From the human T2T-CHM13v2.0 reference genome, Homo sapiens, in NCBI RefSeq assembly GCF_009914755.1, contig NC_060932.1: 64,000 nt of DNA; one strand, 5' to 3'. Every line of letters begins with the position of its first letter. Position 1 is the first letter of the stretch. The translations under genes were made by a program, and so were the position numbers. The notes beneath the pieces were generated by a model. That model ran no database searches. It saw only the letters and a program-made list of their open reading frames with translations, and was not told the DNA's origin. This document shows, one piece after another, positions 45,074-58,011 of the stretch.

Positions 45074-45604
45074 AGTAATTGTCATTTGTTACTGTCATCT
45101 GCAGGTAAGCTTACTGTGACTGTTTCTGAGAAACACATTACACTTACATTCATAAGATTTAGCTGCATTTCACAATGTTGGGCCTTAAAAGGCCACCAAA
45201 TGTCAAGCATCTGAGATTTGTTAGGTTTTATCTTTTAAAACTTAGTATAATTAAAAATTATTTTGGATTTTGAAAGGCCATGAAATATGAAACTTTTATG
45301 GCATATTAGGATTTATCCTTTGAAACCTTTTTAGTAAAAATTAATTTGGATCTTGGGAATCATTAACACATTTTAAAACGATGAAATACACTACAAACTC
45401 TAGAAACATCTTTCCTCATTCATGATACAAAAGCCACCAGAATATTTTCTCTAAAACTAATACTGCATTTTACAAAAGAACTCTAAATATTGGGAAATGA
45501 TGCCTATTTTTAAAAGTTTATTTTGTAATTGAAAAACAGTAGCACTCTCTCTTCGAGGCCCTCTCTTGGCAGGACACTACATGAAATCTTTCCTTAAAGG
45601 GTTT

Positions 45605-45916
45605 GGCTGTCATGGTGGCTTATGCTTGTAATTCCAGTGCTTTGGGAGGCTGAGGAGGGAGGACAGCTTGAGGCCAGAAGTTTGAGATCTGCCTGGGGAA
45701 CACAGTGAAACCCTATTTCTACAAAATTAAAAAAAAAAAACAATTAGTTGGACATGGTGACGTGCACCTGTAGTCCCACCTACTCAAGAGGCTGAGATGA
45801 GACTATTGCTTGAGCCCAGGAGGTGAAGCTGCAGTGAGCCGTGAAGGCACCACTGCACTGCACTCCAGCCTGGGTGACAGAGTAAGACCTTGTCTCAAAA
45901 AAAAAAAAAAAAAAAA
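45605..45916 (+). mobile_element. AluJ SINE
   Basis: J-type 'gcttgaggccag', 'gcttgagcccaggagg', 'gtaagaccttgtctc'. Confidence 0.9.
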
Positions 45917-48498
45917 GTCTTGGCACAAAGTATTCTTTAAAAAGATCTATCAACCCCACATATGGGTACATATTTTTATATCAGATTTTAAAGGCTCTGA
46001 TCTAATATGAAGTGAAAATCACCTAAATTACTTAATACTCAATTCTGAGTATAAATACACTTGTCTATGGGGTTCTGTGTCAAATGCTGTAAGAAAGTGC
46101 CCAAATTAGAAGAACCCCACAGTAACACCTTTTGTAAAAGTCAGAAACACTTTCAAGTCTGCTTATAGTAAATTCAGATTGCTCCTGAATTTCAGGCTTG
46201 GTTATATTTCAATTTTGACATCTCAGGAATGGCAATAATGCCAAGTAAGAGGAAGGTGGATATTGAGCAGTTCTACTTTAAAGTCTCTTTCTCTCAGAGA
46301 GTTTGCATTTTTCAGCCACATGCAGAACTAACAAGCTCCCTAAAATAATGATATTCCTTCACTGACTTTTTCCTTATGTCCGAGGACTTAGCGACTAATG
46401 ATGGTTAAGATAAGTGCCTTCCCAGCAAAGTCTGACAATTGTCTGGGTTGTAGATCTGAGAAAGGGGGGTCAGTGGGGAGAACAGCATCACAACATTGTC
46501 ACGAATGTATCACAGACCCTTCCAGATGTTTTCTGTAAGTGCAAAACTCATTATTTCAAAATTCCTGCAGATATGAAACCTTGAAACCTCTCTGAATTCC
46601 AAAATTAGAGATTTTCCACAATACTCATATATTTTTTAAATATTCCATGATATTCTTTTTATTTCCAGGTGTGGCATATAAAACTGACAGCTTACAGTAA
46701 GAAATATTTCTTATGATCAAACACTTCATATGCACTTTATTGCTTTTAGTTTTGAATTATTTCAAGGTATGTTAGAAAATGAAAAAATAAAAGATCGTAA
46801 GTATATGTAAGATTAGATGAACTAAGTTGCTTAAGTCAGTGGTTTCCATATCAACAATGTGACTACAAGTTAAAAGTTCTGAAGTCCTAAATGTCTCTTC
46901 CTGAGAAATTTCCCATTTGGGGCTCAACAGCACAAAACTTTTATTAGCGCTTCTCTGGGGAATCACTTGGCATTCCTCGTTCTCTGCAAACTGGACAGCA
47001 GGTTCCTTTCACCAATTCAGGACTGGGACAGGGAGCCGGGGGACAAATCTCCACCACACAGGTGACCTGGCCACTCTGAAAGGCAGCATGCACATATCAC
47101 CTCCATGTTTCTTATAGTCAAAGTACTTAAAAGACAAATAAATGTTTCTTATAATACATAATCTAATAAGCTGACTGTCTCAATATAATAAAAAATGCTC
47201 ATAGTATGAGCTCATTTTTGCATGGTTTCTATTCATTCTTTCTTTCTATACATTTGCAGCACGAACAGCAAGCCTGCCCTATAAAATGTTACCTACCTTA
47301 CTGTACCATATGGTAGGATTAGCTGAGGAAGTTCATGCATTTCTACATGGCTGGAAAGAATCAGCTCTGTTCAAAAAGCAAACTAAATAACGAATACAGA
47401 GCATTTTTATTTTCTTTTGTTTTGGTAGACACCATGATAACACTTTTTTATTTTTCCATAGAATTGTGTAGGTTTACCAAGTGCCTTTAGGCAGCATTTA
47501 TAATGAGCCTGACTGAAGAATAATGAGATGAACTCAAGTCCCAGGTTGGCTCAGTTTACTTACTGACATAAACTTCCTTAGCCTTGGTTCCCTCGTCCAT
47601 CAGTGAACATGGAAAAAGCTCGTGGTCTCTAGCGACTGCTCATTAGATTGTGACTATACTCTTTTATTAATAAGCAAAAGCCTCAAAATTTCACACCAGT
47701 ACCTTGATCTTAAAAATATGCCTAGAATCTATTGACATAAAATATATTTTTTCTCCTTTTGAATTTTTAAAGTATGCTTCAACTGGCTGGCTAGGAGAAG
47801 TGAAACAGGGGGAGTTGGACTGGAAAACTCGCAGCACAAACCTCACAAATGCAGTGAGTGCAGTCTTCTTTCATCCAGCGCTCCTCGGCCTTCCTTGGAA
47901 CCCCTTTAACATCTGTACACCCTGCCTGCCTCAGGCGTGCCTCCAGCTTGTTTATCTGAAAGGGGAGGCAAAGGAAAGAAGAGTGGAAATTGAAGCGGAT
48001 AGCAACAAAGCCAATCAATAACATGGTTTGATGAAATGCTCTATTCTGTAAGCACACACCTAGAAGGCAAAAGAAACTTCAAAGCCTACATAATTTTTCA
48101 TTTTCCCCCAGGACTTAATGAGCTTGAATCATCCAGTATCCAAACAAATAAACAGTTCTGTAGGTGTTAAAAAATATTGAACATGGACCTAGAGTGTGAA
48201 AGAGTTAATTTCTAAAGGAAGGGGAATTAAAATCAAATGAATGAAATTACATATTTGGAAAATCTTCTCAATAAGCACAAATGTAAATTCAACTAATAAG
48301 TATTTTATTTATTTTTTGTCCCCCAAGTTGTTATAAAATAATATTTATTTAACAAATATTTATTAAGTTTCAAAGATGAAAGCAAGCAGACCAGGGTCTC
48401 TCCAACTTTACAATTTGGTAGAAAGGCCAATAAACCACAGCTATAAGCCTTTAGATAATAACGGTCTTTAGGAATCCCAAGGGGAGCAGAAGGGCAGT

Positions 48499-48879
48499 TG
48501 ATATGGTTTGGCTTTGTGTCCCCACCCAATCTCATGTTGAATTGTAATTCCAAATGCTGGGGGAGGGACCTAGTGGGAGGTGATTGGATCTTGGGGGCAG
48601 ATTTCCCCCATGCTGTTCTCGGGGTAGTGAATTCTCATGAGAACTGATGGTTTAAAGGTGTGTGGCAGTTCCTCCCCCATTTGCTCTCTCTCTCCTGCTG
48701 CCATGTGAAGAAGGTGCTTGCTTCCCCTTTGCCTTCCACCATGATCGTAAGCTTCCTGAGGCCTCCCAGTCATGCTTCCTGTTAACCCTATGGAACTGTA
48801 AGTCAACTAAACCTATTTTCTTCATAAATTGCCCAGTGTCAGGTAGTTCTTTATAGCAGTGTGAGAATGAACTAACACA
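48499..48879 (+). mobile_element. MSTA-type MaLR solo LTR
   Basis: tgatatggtttggctttgtgtccccaccc...gaactaacaca. Confidence 0.88.
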
Positions 48880-48923
48880 GAAGCCACACTCAGTTCTGCC
48901 TCAGGGAATGAGGGGATGCCTGA

Positions 48924-49295
48924 TATTATGGACTGAACTGTGTTCCCCCAAAATTCATAAGTTGAAGCCGTAATCCCCAATGTGACTATATTTGGGCATA
49001 GGGCCTCGAAGGATTTAAGGTTAAATTAGGTCATGGGAGTGGGGCTCTAACCCAATAACATTGGTGTCCTTGTAAAAAAGAGGAAGAGACACCAGATGTG
49101 CTCACACAGCGAAGGCCATGTGAGGACACAGGGAGAAGGTGGCCATCAGCAAGCCAAGGCGTGAGGCCTTGGAAGAAACCATCCCTGCTGACACTTTGAT
49201 CGTGGACTTTCAGCCTCCAGAACTGTGAAAAAACAAACTGTTTTAAGTTACCCATTTTCTTGTATTCTGCTATGGTGCCTGAGCAGACTAATATA
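48924..49295 (+). mobile_element. MLT1A/B solo LTR
   Basis: 'tatggactgaactgtgttcccccaaaattcat...ggactttcagcctccagaactgtga...gagcagactaa'. Confidence 0.85.
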
Positions 49296-50324
49296 TGATA
49301 TATGGAAAAAAGCATTTGAGCTGTGAGAGATGACCATGTCTTTCAGGAGAACAAGCAGGGAAAAGGCATTTCAGGCAAATGGAAAAAAAAAATATGTGTT
49401 AAAGCATGGGTACCAGAAACAGATCAGTATTTCAGAAATGTACATTTCTCTCCCCTCCTTTGTTGGGGAGATCTACAGAGAACATGTTAGTGGGAACTGA
49501 GGTGGGATGAGTGGGCAGCAAAGAAAATTAGGCCCTTAAAAGTCACATAAATTAATTAAGTGCAGTCTCCAGGCAATGGGAAATAACATCACAATGATCA
49601 CTCCTGTGGCAACATGAAGGATCACTGGTGAGAAACTAACATGGAGACCAATATGGGCTCCACTGAGGAAGGAGGGAGTGAGACAAAAAGAGCCATGTAG
49701 CAGGTAGAGGAGATTGGCTAGATGTGGGTTTAAGGAGAAGAGGAGAACCCAAAAAATCACGATGAACTCAGACTTCATTTAGAAAGCAAAAAGTCTTGAT
49801 GTGAAAGAATTTTGATTCTGTAAATTCTTTTCACTGCTTTTGTATTGAAGTAGGACAGGAGGGTTGGTTCTTGGAAGATAATTTAGCATGAGTGCCTACA
49901 CTTGGGCAGTGGCATCCATCCATTCATTACTCAATAGATATATTCAGTACCTGATATGTACCAGCTAATACACTAATAAACTAGCAGAACTTGACCCCTG
50001 ACTTTAGGTGAGCAGTGAGAATGGAGAGGATGATAAGACAAATATTACAATGCAGGCTTGAATGACAAGGCTTCACAATAACCAGATGTGAACCAAATAA
50101 TCCATTCTTGAGTGGGGTCATGGGTTTGAAGTATGAAAATCACAAAAAAATCTCTAAAGATATTAATGAATATGTCCTAGCAGACTAGGACACATAGAAA
50201 ACTTTTATGTCCAAAAACACTGGGAAAATGCATATCTATTCTAAACTTTAGGCACTTAGGACAGTAAAGCTTTTTCAAATTTAAATAAGCTAACAAATTA
50301 ATAAATTATTTAAGGGAAATAGTT

Positions 50325-50642
<318 letters not shown>

Positions 50643-50665
50643 TAAGAAGGGAAATAAATAGTTTA

Positions 50666-51011
<346 letters not shown>

Positions 51012-51119
51012 AAGAATCTTGTACGGGTCATTAGTATAAGAAATACAGTGCATGGCACTTTTGTTCCAGGCTTAACTAAAAAGTCTTGATAATAAAAGGA
51101 TGTAACTTTCCTTTTCCTA

Positions 51120-53270
51120 TCACCCATGTGTTCATTGTTAGTATATAGAAATGCCATTAATTTTTTCTATGTTTATCTTGGGTTTATGTTGTATCCTGTA
51201 ACCTTGCTCAACTCATGTATTCATTTTAGGAGTATTTTTGTAGATTCCTTGAGATTTTCTATGTAGGCAGCTGTATCATCTGAAAATAGTTTTATTTCTT
51301 CCTTTTCAATCTATAGGCCTTTTCATTTTCTTGACTTATTGCACTGGCAAGAACTTCCAGCATTAGGTTGAATAAGAGTGGTGAGAATGGACATCCTTGC
51401 CTTGTTTGCAGTTTTGCATAAAACCTTGCAGTTTTATGGGGAAAGCATTCAAGCATTCACCATTCAGCATGTAAACGGCAGGGTAATGTTTCTCTTTTGC
51501 TGCTTTCAAAATGTTTTCCTTTTTATTTTGTTGTCAAAAGTGTGACTATGATGTGTCTTGGTGTGCATTTCTTTGGAATTGTCCTCCCCTTCTCTCTTCT
51601 TTCTATCCAAGACCTGAATGACACAAATGTTGGATGTTTTATTATAATCCCACAGGCTTCTGAGGCTCTGCTCATCTTGTTTTTGTCTATGCTGTCTCTG
51701 TTGTTGAGAATGTATAATTGCTAGTCTTCTATCTTCCAGTTCACTGATTCTTTCCCCTCTGATCCATATTCCGTTTTGAGCCCATCAACTGATCTTTTTT
51801 ATTTCTGTTATTGTAGTTTTCAGTTCCAAAATCTCCATCTTGTTTCCCTTTGTGTCTTGTATTACTTTGATGAAAATTTTCATCCATTTTTCATTTGTTT
51901 CCAGTGTGTTTGAAATTGCTCATTGAAGCATTTTTTATGACTGCTTTATTTATTTATTTGTTTGTTTATTTTGAGACAGAGTCTCACTCTGTTGCCCAGG
52001 CTGGAGTGCAGTGGTGTGATCTTGGCTCCCTGCAACCTCCTGCCTCAGCCTCCTGAGTAGCTAGGATTACAGGCATGCACCACCACACCCGGCTAATTTT
52101 TGTATTTTTAGTAGAGATGGGGTTTCACCATGTTGGTCAGACTGATCTCAAACTCCTGACCTTGTGATCCACCCGCCTCAGCCTCCCAAAATGCTAGGAT
52201 TACAGGTGTGAGCCACTGCACCCAGCTTATGACTGCTTTGAAATCTTTTTCAGATAACTGCAACACCTCTATCACTTCAGTGTTGATTGCCTGTTTTCAT
52301 TCCATTTGGGATCTTCTTGGTTCTTGGTATGATGAATAATTTCGTATTGAAACCTGGAGGTTTTGGATCTTACTTAAGCCTTCTGGTTTAGGTGTTTTCC
52401 TCTGAAACTGCTCTGGCATGGGAAGAGGGGTCCCACATCATTACTGCCATGTGGGAATAGAAGTCCAGGTTCCCTCCTTGGCCTCCGTTGACACACAAAG
52501 GGGTTCTCTTCATTACTGCTGGGTAGAGTTGGGGTTCTGGCTCCCTGTCAGGCCACCTCATAACCCTCCTGGATGGGAGGCATAGTATTCTGTGACTTCT
52601 CCCGACATGGCCTCCATGCACCTCAGGATGGTGAGGGGCAGGGCAGCCTCATCACCCCCTGGTAAATGGAGAGCACCTGGAACCTCCACTAGGCCTTCTC
52701 TGCAACCACCCCAGTGAAGAGGGAGGGGAGCTTCATTCCTGCTGGGTTAGGACGGAAGCCCAGGCTCCCCTTATGACCCCAAGTTTTTGCATGCAATCAT
52801 CTGGCATGATGACCCCCTAGTTTCCTACTTGGCTTTCTCGGACAGCAGCCTCAAGGTGTCCTTAGGTGCCTCAGTATACCCTGGGGAGAGTGAAAGCCAC
52901 CTCCTCACTTGGCCTTTGCTGGTCTTGCTGGAGGTGGGGGCCACAGTTTCTTCTGTGCTGTTTGGCTGGGGTAGAGTGGTTATTGTCTAGAAGTTACCTG
53001 TATTGCTAGGCCTCCACTTTTATGGCCTGTTGTCTAGAGGGACTCAGGTTTTGTTGGGCCTTTTTCTGTGTCTGTTGATGTGCTCAGGTTGCTGGCTTCT
53101 TCAGTTTCAAGCCTGAGCTACGTGAGGAAAAACTACCCAGGAAAGAGCATCACATTGTTCCTGGAGCCCAAGGTCCCTGATCAGTCTGCTTTCTTGCTCT
53201 TCACCATTCTGAGTCATCTTATGTTTGTTTTAAACGTGATATCCAGGGGTTGTAGCTGTCTATACTATAA
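51120..53270 (-). mobile_element. Ancient L1M fragments (ORF2 piece, then ORF1/5' region)
   Basis: 'gttgaataagagtggtgagaatggacatccttgccttg'; 'atcttccagttcactgattctttc'. Confidence 0.65.
51948..52226 (-). mobile_element. AluS with a short internal deletion
   Basis: 'tgcaacctcc|tgcctcagcc' lacks the usual intervening segment; TSD 'ttatgactgcttt'. Confidence 0.92.
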
Positions 53271-53279
53271 TCAAGAGGC

Positions 53280-53585
53280 GTCTGTGTGCGGTGGCTCATG
53301 CCTGTAGTCCCAGCACTTTGGGAGGCTGAGGCAGGTGGATCACTTGAGGTCAGGATTTCAAGACCAGCCTGGCCAACATGGTGAAACCCCATCTCTGCTA
53401 AAAATACAAAAATTAGCCAAGCGTGGTGGCAGGCGCCTGTAATCTGAGCTACTCAGGAGGCTGAAGCACAAGAATCGCTTGAACCTGCAAAGCAGAGGTT
53501 GCAGTGAGCCGAGATTGCACCACTGCATTCTAGCCTGGGTGAGTGAGACTCAGTCTCAGAAAAAAAGTAAAAATAAAAGAAAAAT
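53280..53585 (+). mobile_element. AluS SINE
   Basis: Alu dimer with an A-rich tail. Confidence 0.92.
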
Positions 53586-53847
53586 AAGCAGGAGGCAAAA
53601 ATACATCTACTCGGCCTTCCCAGAAATAGAATTCTCATTAGACACTATTTCATGTAACATTTTTACTTAATTTATTCAAACTATTGCAGTTTTAGATTTC
53701 CTAAGGATATATAATCAAAAGTGTAGCCTTCTCAGCCTCACTGCATTCCCCAAAAAGCAGCTGCTGTGTCAAAGTAGATAATACTGACAATGATTGCATC
53801 ATTGTTCTGCATTCCAGAAGTATCCTTATCTGCATGGTTCCTGCTTG

Positions 53848-54100
53848 GGGTTGAGCTGCATCACTCCCCAAATTCAAATCTTGAGGTCCTAACCCTCTGT
53901 ACCTCAGAATGTGATATTTTTTGGAAATAGGAGTATTGCAGATGTAACTAGTTATGATAAAGTCAGAGTAGAGTGAGCCCCTACTTCAATATGACTGATG
54001 CTCTCATAAACAAAGGAAATCTGAACACAGATTGGCACACAGGGATAATCCCATGTGAACAAAAAGACAGAGATCTACAAGCCAAAAAACATCACATTCT
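53848..54100 (+). mobile_element. MLT1 LTR fragment
   Basis: 'aaattcaaatcttgaggtcctaaccctctgtacctcagaatgtgatattttttggaaatagg'. Confidence 0.75.
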
Positions 54101-55031
54101 GAGGTACTGTCTAATGAGACTTCTATTGCCTATCTCCTTCTGCAACAGGAAGGTATACTCCATTTAGAGATGCTCCTTCCTCTGGGTTGGAAGATTGAAA
54201 AACTGTGGAGGACAGACACAGCTGAACCCCAAAGAGCAAGCAACGTGAGTGAAAAACAATCCTCCTTGTTGCCATAAACCAAGATTTGGGTTGTTACTAG
54301 AGCATAACTTAGCAAAACCTGTCTAATTCATGGCTTAATCTAGACCAAGCCGCTGTATAAAACGCCAGTGAAAGAAAAAACTCTCATCACAACAACAAGA
54401 ATTACCAAGTTATCTTCTTCAGTGATGGCCCTGATACAATCATGTAAGTGTCTTTTCACTGGGAGCTGTACGGAAACAGTTACGGAAAATTTAGAAGAGC
54501 TTTCTTATTAACCAATTCATGTTGCTGAAAACCTTTTGTATGCAAAATTAAAAGGGTAATGGAAAGTACTGCAGAATTGTAACTACATAAGCTTGAACTA
54601 TAAAGTCAAGAGCACTCCAAGACTCAATGTTGTAAAGTTCAATACTTTTGCTCAGTGTACTTAAGATGCATCTCCAAATGTTTTATGCAAGAGCATGGCC
54701 CATAAACCTGAAGAACCACATCTCCTACAAGATACCAGGACTTTTAAATTGGCAAAGAAGTCTCTTTGTGTTCAGAAATATGAGTAAAACATAAAGCAAC
54801 TCCAGCATTAGTTCCAGCATGTGGCAAGCTTGTAAATCATCACTCCCATCCTCACGACAAGAAAAATTGGACACACTGAAAATCAATAAATTTCTTAGAG
54901 AGCTAAGGTTGAAGGGCAAACCACTAAGGTGAAATCTGAAGAGACAGGAGGATAACAAGAGAGGCAGCAACCAAGATCTGCTTACCTGGGACAGACTGAC
55001 TGAGCATTGAGCCATACTGGTGGGAACACCC

Positions 55032-55390
55032 TGATGGTTAGTTTTATGAGTCAGCTTTGGGAGTGCTTTTGGATGAGATTAACATTTAAACTGGTGAATT
55101 CTGGGTAAAGCAGATTGCCCTCCATAATGTGGGTGGGCCTCATCCAGTAAGGTGAAGGCCTGAATAGAACACAAATAGCAGCCTCCCAGAGCAAGACTGA
55201 CTTCTCCAGCAGATGGCCTTCCACTTCATCTGCACCATCAGCTGTCCTGGGTCTTCAGCCTGTCAGGCCAAGATTTTGGACTGTCCAGCCTCCATAATGG
55301 TGTGAGCCAATGCCTTTTAATACACATATCAGATGGACAGACAGACATTTCCTATTAATTCTAGTTCTCTGGAGAACTCTGACTAATGCA
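55032..55390 (+). mobile_element. MLT2 LTR, internally deleted
   Basis: 'tgatggttagttttatgagtca...ggatgagattaacatttaaa...ggagaactctgactaatgca'. Confidence 0.8.
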
Positions 55391-55427
55391 AACTCTTAAA
55401 TGGTAAATTTTAAGAAGTTGCTGGAGG

Positions 55428-55772
55428 CTTCCTTCACTTTTTTGTTCCAGTCAGGCCCTGAACAAATTGAAGAATGCACCCCTACACTGGGGAAGGGCAC
55501 CTGCTTTTCTCAGTCCACCAATTCTAATGCTAATCTCTTCAGAAATACTCTCACAGAAACATCCAGAAATATTGTTTAACCAGATAGCTGGGCATCCCAC
55601 GATCCAGAAATTGACACATAAAATTAACTATCACACTCAAGGTGGCAGGGGAAAGAATCTGTTGACCTGAAGATATGTCAATAGTAACTTCCCGAACTAA
55701 AATGCAAAGAGAAAACTGAGAATGAAAAACTAACAGAAAATCTAAGAACTACAGGGCAATATAAAAAATGTG
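55428..55772 (+). repeat. Local direct duplication of 57121-57467
   Basis: Near-identical text spanning an MLT2/L1 junction. Confidence 0.92.
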
Positions 55773-56840
55773 AGCATGACAAACTACTAGGTGTTACTGT
55801 CTTAGTGAGGTAAGGTATTCAAGAAGTTTACCTTAAGGAAACTTAAGAGGTTCTCATTGAAGAGATCCAAGAAACAGCCCCTCCTGGCCCTGGCAGCGGG
55901 AGGGGAAGATATCCTTCATGAAAAACACCCAAAGCCTTCTCCATAAAAAAGGCCTCTATACCAAGGGAAAGGAACTTGCCAGGGTACAGTACTAAATCCT
56001 AAAACAAACTGGGAAAAGGGATTCTAACTCACTGCATCCTACTCCAGGCTTCCTGACTCACTTAATCAGGAAAAAGCCAACAGAAAAACCAGGGGTCAGC
56101 CCTTCAGTGAAATCAATTAGCTGCACACCAGCCAGGGAAAGGAGTAGGAGGTGGAGAAAAGGCCACAGTACTGGAGCAATGCTTGTGAAAATCATAGCCT
56201 CAGAACATAAGCCCACTAGAAAGCTGAGGTTTCATCAGAGGATGATAAAATATTTCCCATCCCCACACCTGACCAGCACATCAACAGGATGCCAGCATAA
56301 TAACAGTGATTACTGCTGAAGCAGCTGAAAGACACAGACTCTCTCTGAGGAAGAATACATAAGAAAGGCCAAAGTCAGTAGGAAAAACAAAAACAAAGAC
56401 ACTGGAGGAATTTAAAGCCATGGCATCTACAGCTACAGGAAACACTAAACACAGCACAACAGTCAGCCTTTTCAATACAAAAACCTAAAGCAAAGGCTTA
56501 TCAACTACAGTTCCTATTACCCAAGACATCATGTATGGCTTTAAACAAAATTTACAAGGCGTGCTCCAAAGGAAGGGAAAAAACACAGTTTTAAGAGGCA
56601 AAACAAGCATCAGAAGCAGACCCACATGAGACACAGATGTTGAAATTATCTGGCAGGGATAAAAATAACTATGATTAATACATTCATGACCCTAGTAGAA
56701 AAAGTAGGCAACATTCAGGAAAACATGGGTAATGTAAGTAGAGAGATAAAAATGCAAAAGAAGAATTAAAAGAAAATGTTAGAAATCAAAACTATAACAG
56801 AAATGAAGAATGCCTTCGATGGCTTCATCAGTAGACGTAA

Positions 56841-57326
56841 TGTATTAGTCAAGATTCTCCAGGGAAATAAAACCAATAAGACGTGAATATAAAGAGATTT
56901 ACTATAAGGAATTGGATCCATGTTTATGGAGATTGAGAAGGGCCACAATCTTCTGTCTGCAAGCTGGAGACCCAGGAATGTCACTGGTACAGTTCAAAGG
57001 CTGGAGAGCCAGAGGACAAATGGTATAGATTAGTCTGAGTCTGAAGGCCTGAGAACCAGGAGTGCTGAGGGCAGGAGAGGCTTATGTCCCAACTCAAGCT
57101 GTCAGGCACAGTTAATTCAACCTTCCTCCAATTTTTTGTTCCATTCAGGCCTGAACAAATTGAAGGATGCCCCCCTACACTGGGAGGGGCACCTGCTTTT
57201 CTTAGTCCACCAATTCAAATGCTAATCTCTTCAGAAACACCCTCACAGAAACATGAAAAATACTGTTTAACCAGATAGCTGGGCATCCCATGATCCAGAA
57301 TTTGACACATAAAATTAACTATCACA
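56841..57326 (-). mobile_element. MLT2 solo LTR
   Basis: tgtattagtcaagattctccaggg...ttgacacataaaattaactatcaca. Confidence 0.85.
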
Positions 57327-57532
57327 CTCAAGGTTGCAGGGGAAAGAATCTGTTGACCTGAAGATATGTCAATAGTAACTTCCCAAACTAAAATGCAAAG
57401 AAAAAACTGAGAATGGAAAACTAATATAAAATCTAAGAACTACAGGGCAATATTAAAAAAAAATGTGGCTATTCAGCATCCCTTATAATTCCATATGAAT
57501 TTTCGACAGGCTGTTTCATTTCTGCAAAAACG

Positions 57533-58008
57533 GTATCTTAGTTTGCTAGGGCTGTCATAACAAAATACCACAGATTGGGTAGCCTAAACAACAGAAATTT
57601 ACTTTCTCACAGCTCTAGAGGCTGAAAGTCCAAAATCAAGGTGCCAGCAGGGTTGATTTCTTCTCAGGCCTTTCTCTTGGCTTGCAGATGGTTATCAACT
57701 ACATTCACATTATGAGGTACTGGGGATTAGAACTCAACATGAAAATTTGAGGAAAAGACACAATTTAGTCCATAACACTACACCCTTTGAACCCCTAAAA
57801 TTCATGTCTTTCTCACATGCAAAATAATCAATTCACCCCATTGCAATAGCCCCTAAAGTCTTAATCCATTCCAAGCCTCAAATCTCATTAAAATATCATC
57901 TAAACCAATTATGGGTAAGACTAGAGTATGACTGATCCTGAGAGAAAATTCCTCTCAATCTGTGAACCTGAGAAACCAAACAAGTTATTTGCTTTCAGAA
58001 TACAATGG
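57533..58008 (-). mobile_element. MLT1 LTR plus adjoining MLT1 internal sequence
   Basis: 'gctagggctgtcataacaaaataccacaga...caatttagtccataaca', then MaLR-internal-like 'aaattcatgtctttctcacatgcaaaata'. Confidence 0.75.
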
Positions 58009-58011
58009 ATA

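Larger units (their letters stand above)
54790..57470 (+). mobile_element. Old L1M 5'UTR/ORF1 region, interrupted
   Basis: 'ctgaaaatcaataaatttcttag', 'aacagaaatgaagaatgccttcgatggcttcatcagtagac', 'gacctgaagatatgtcaatag'. Confidence 0.7.
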
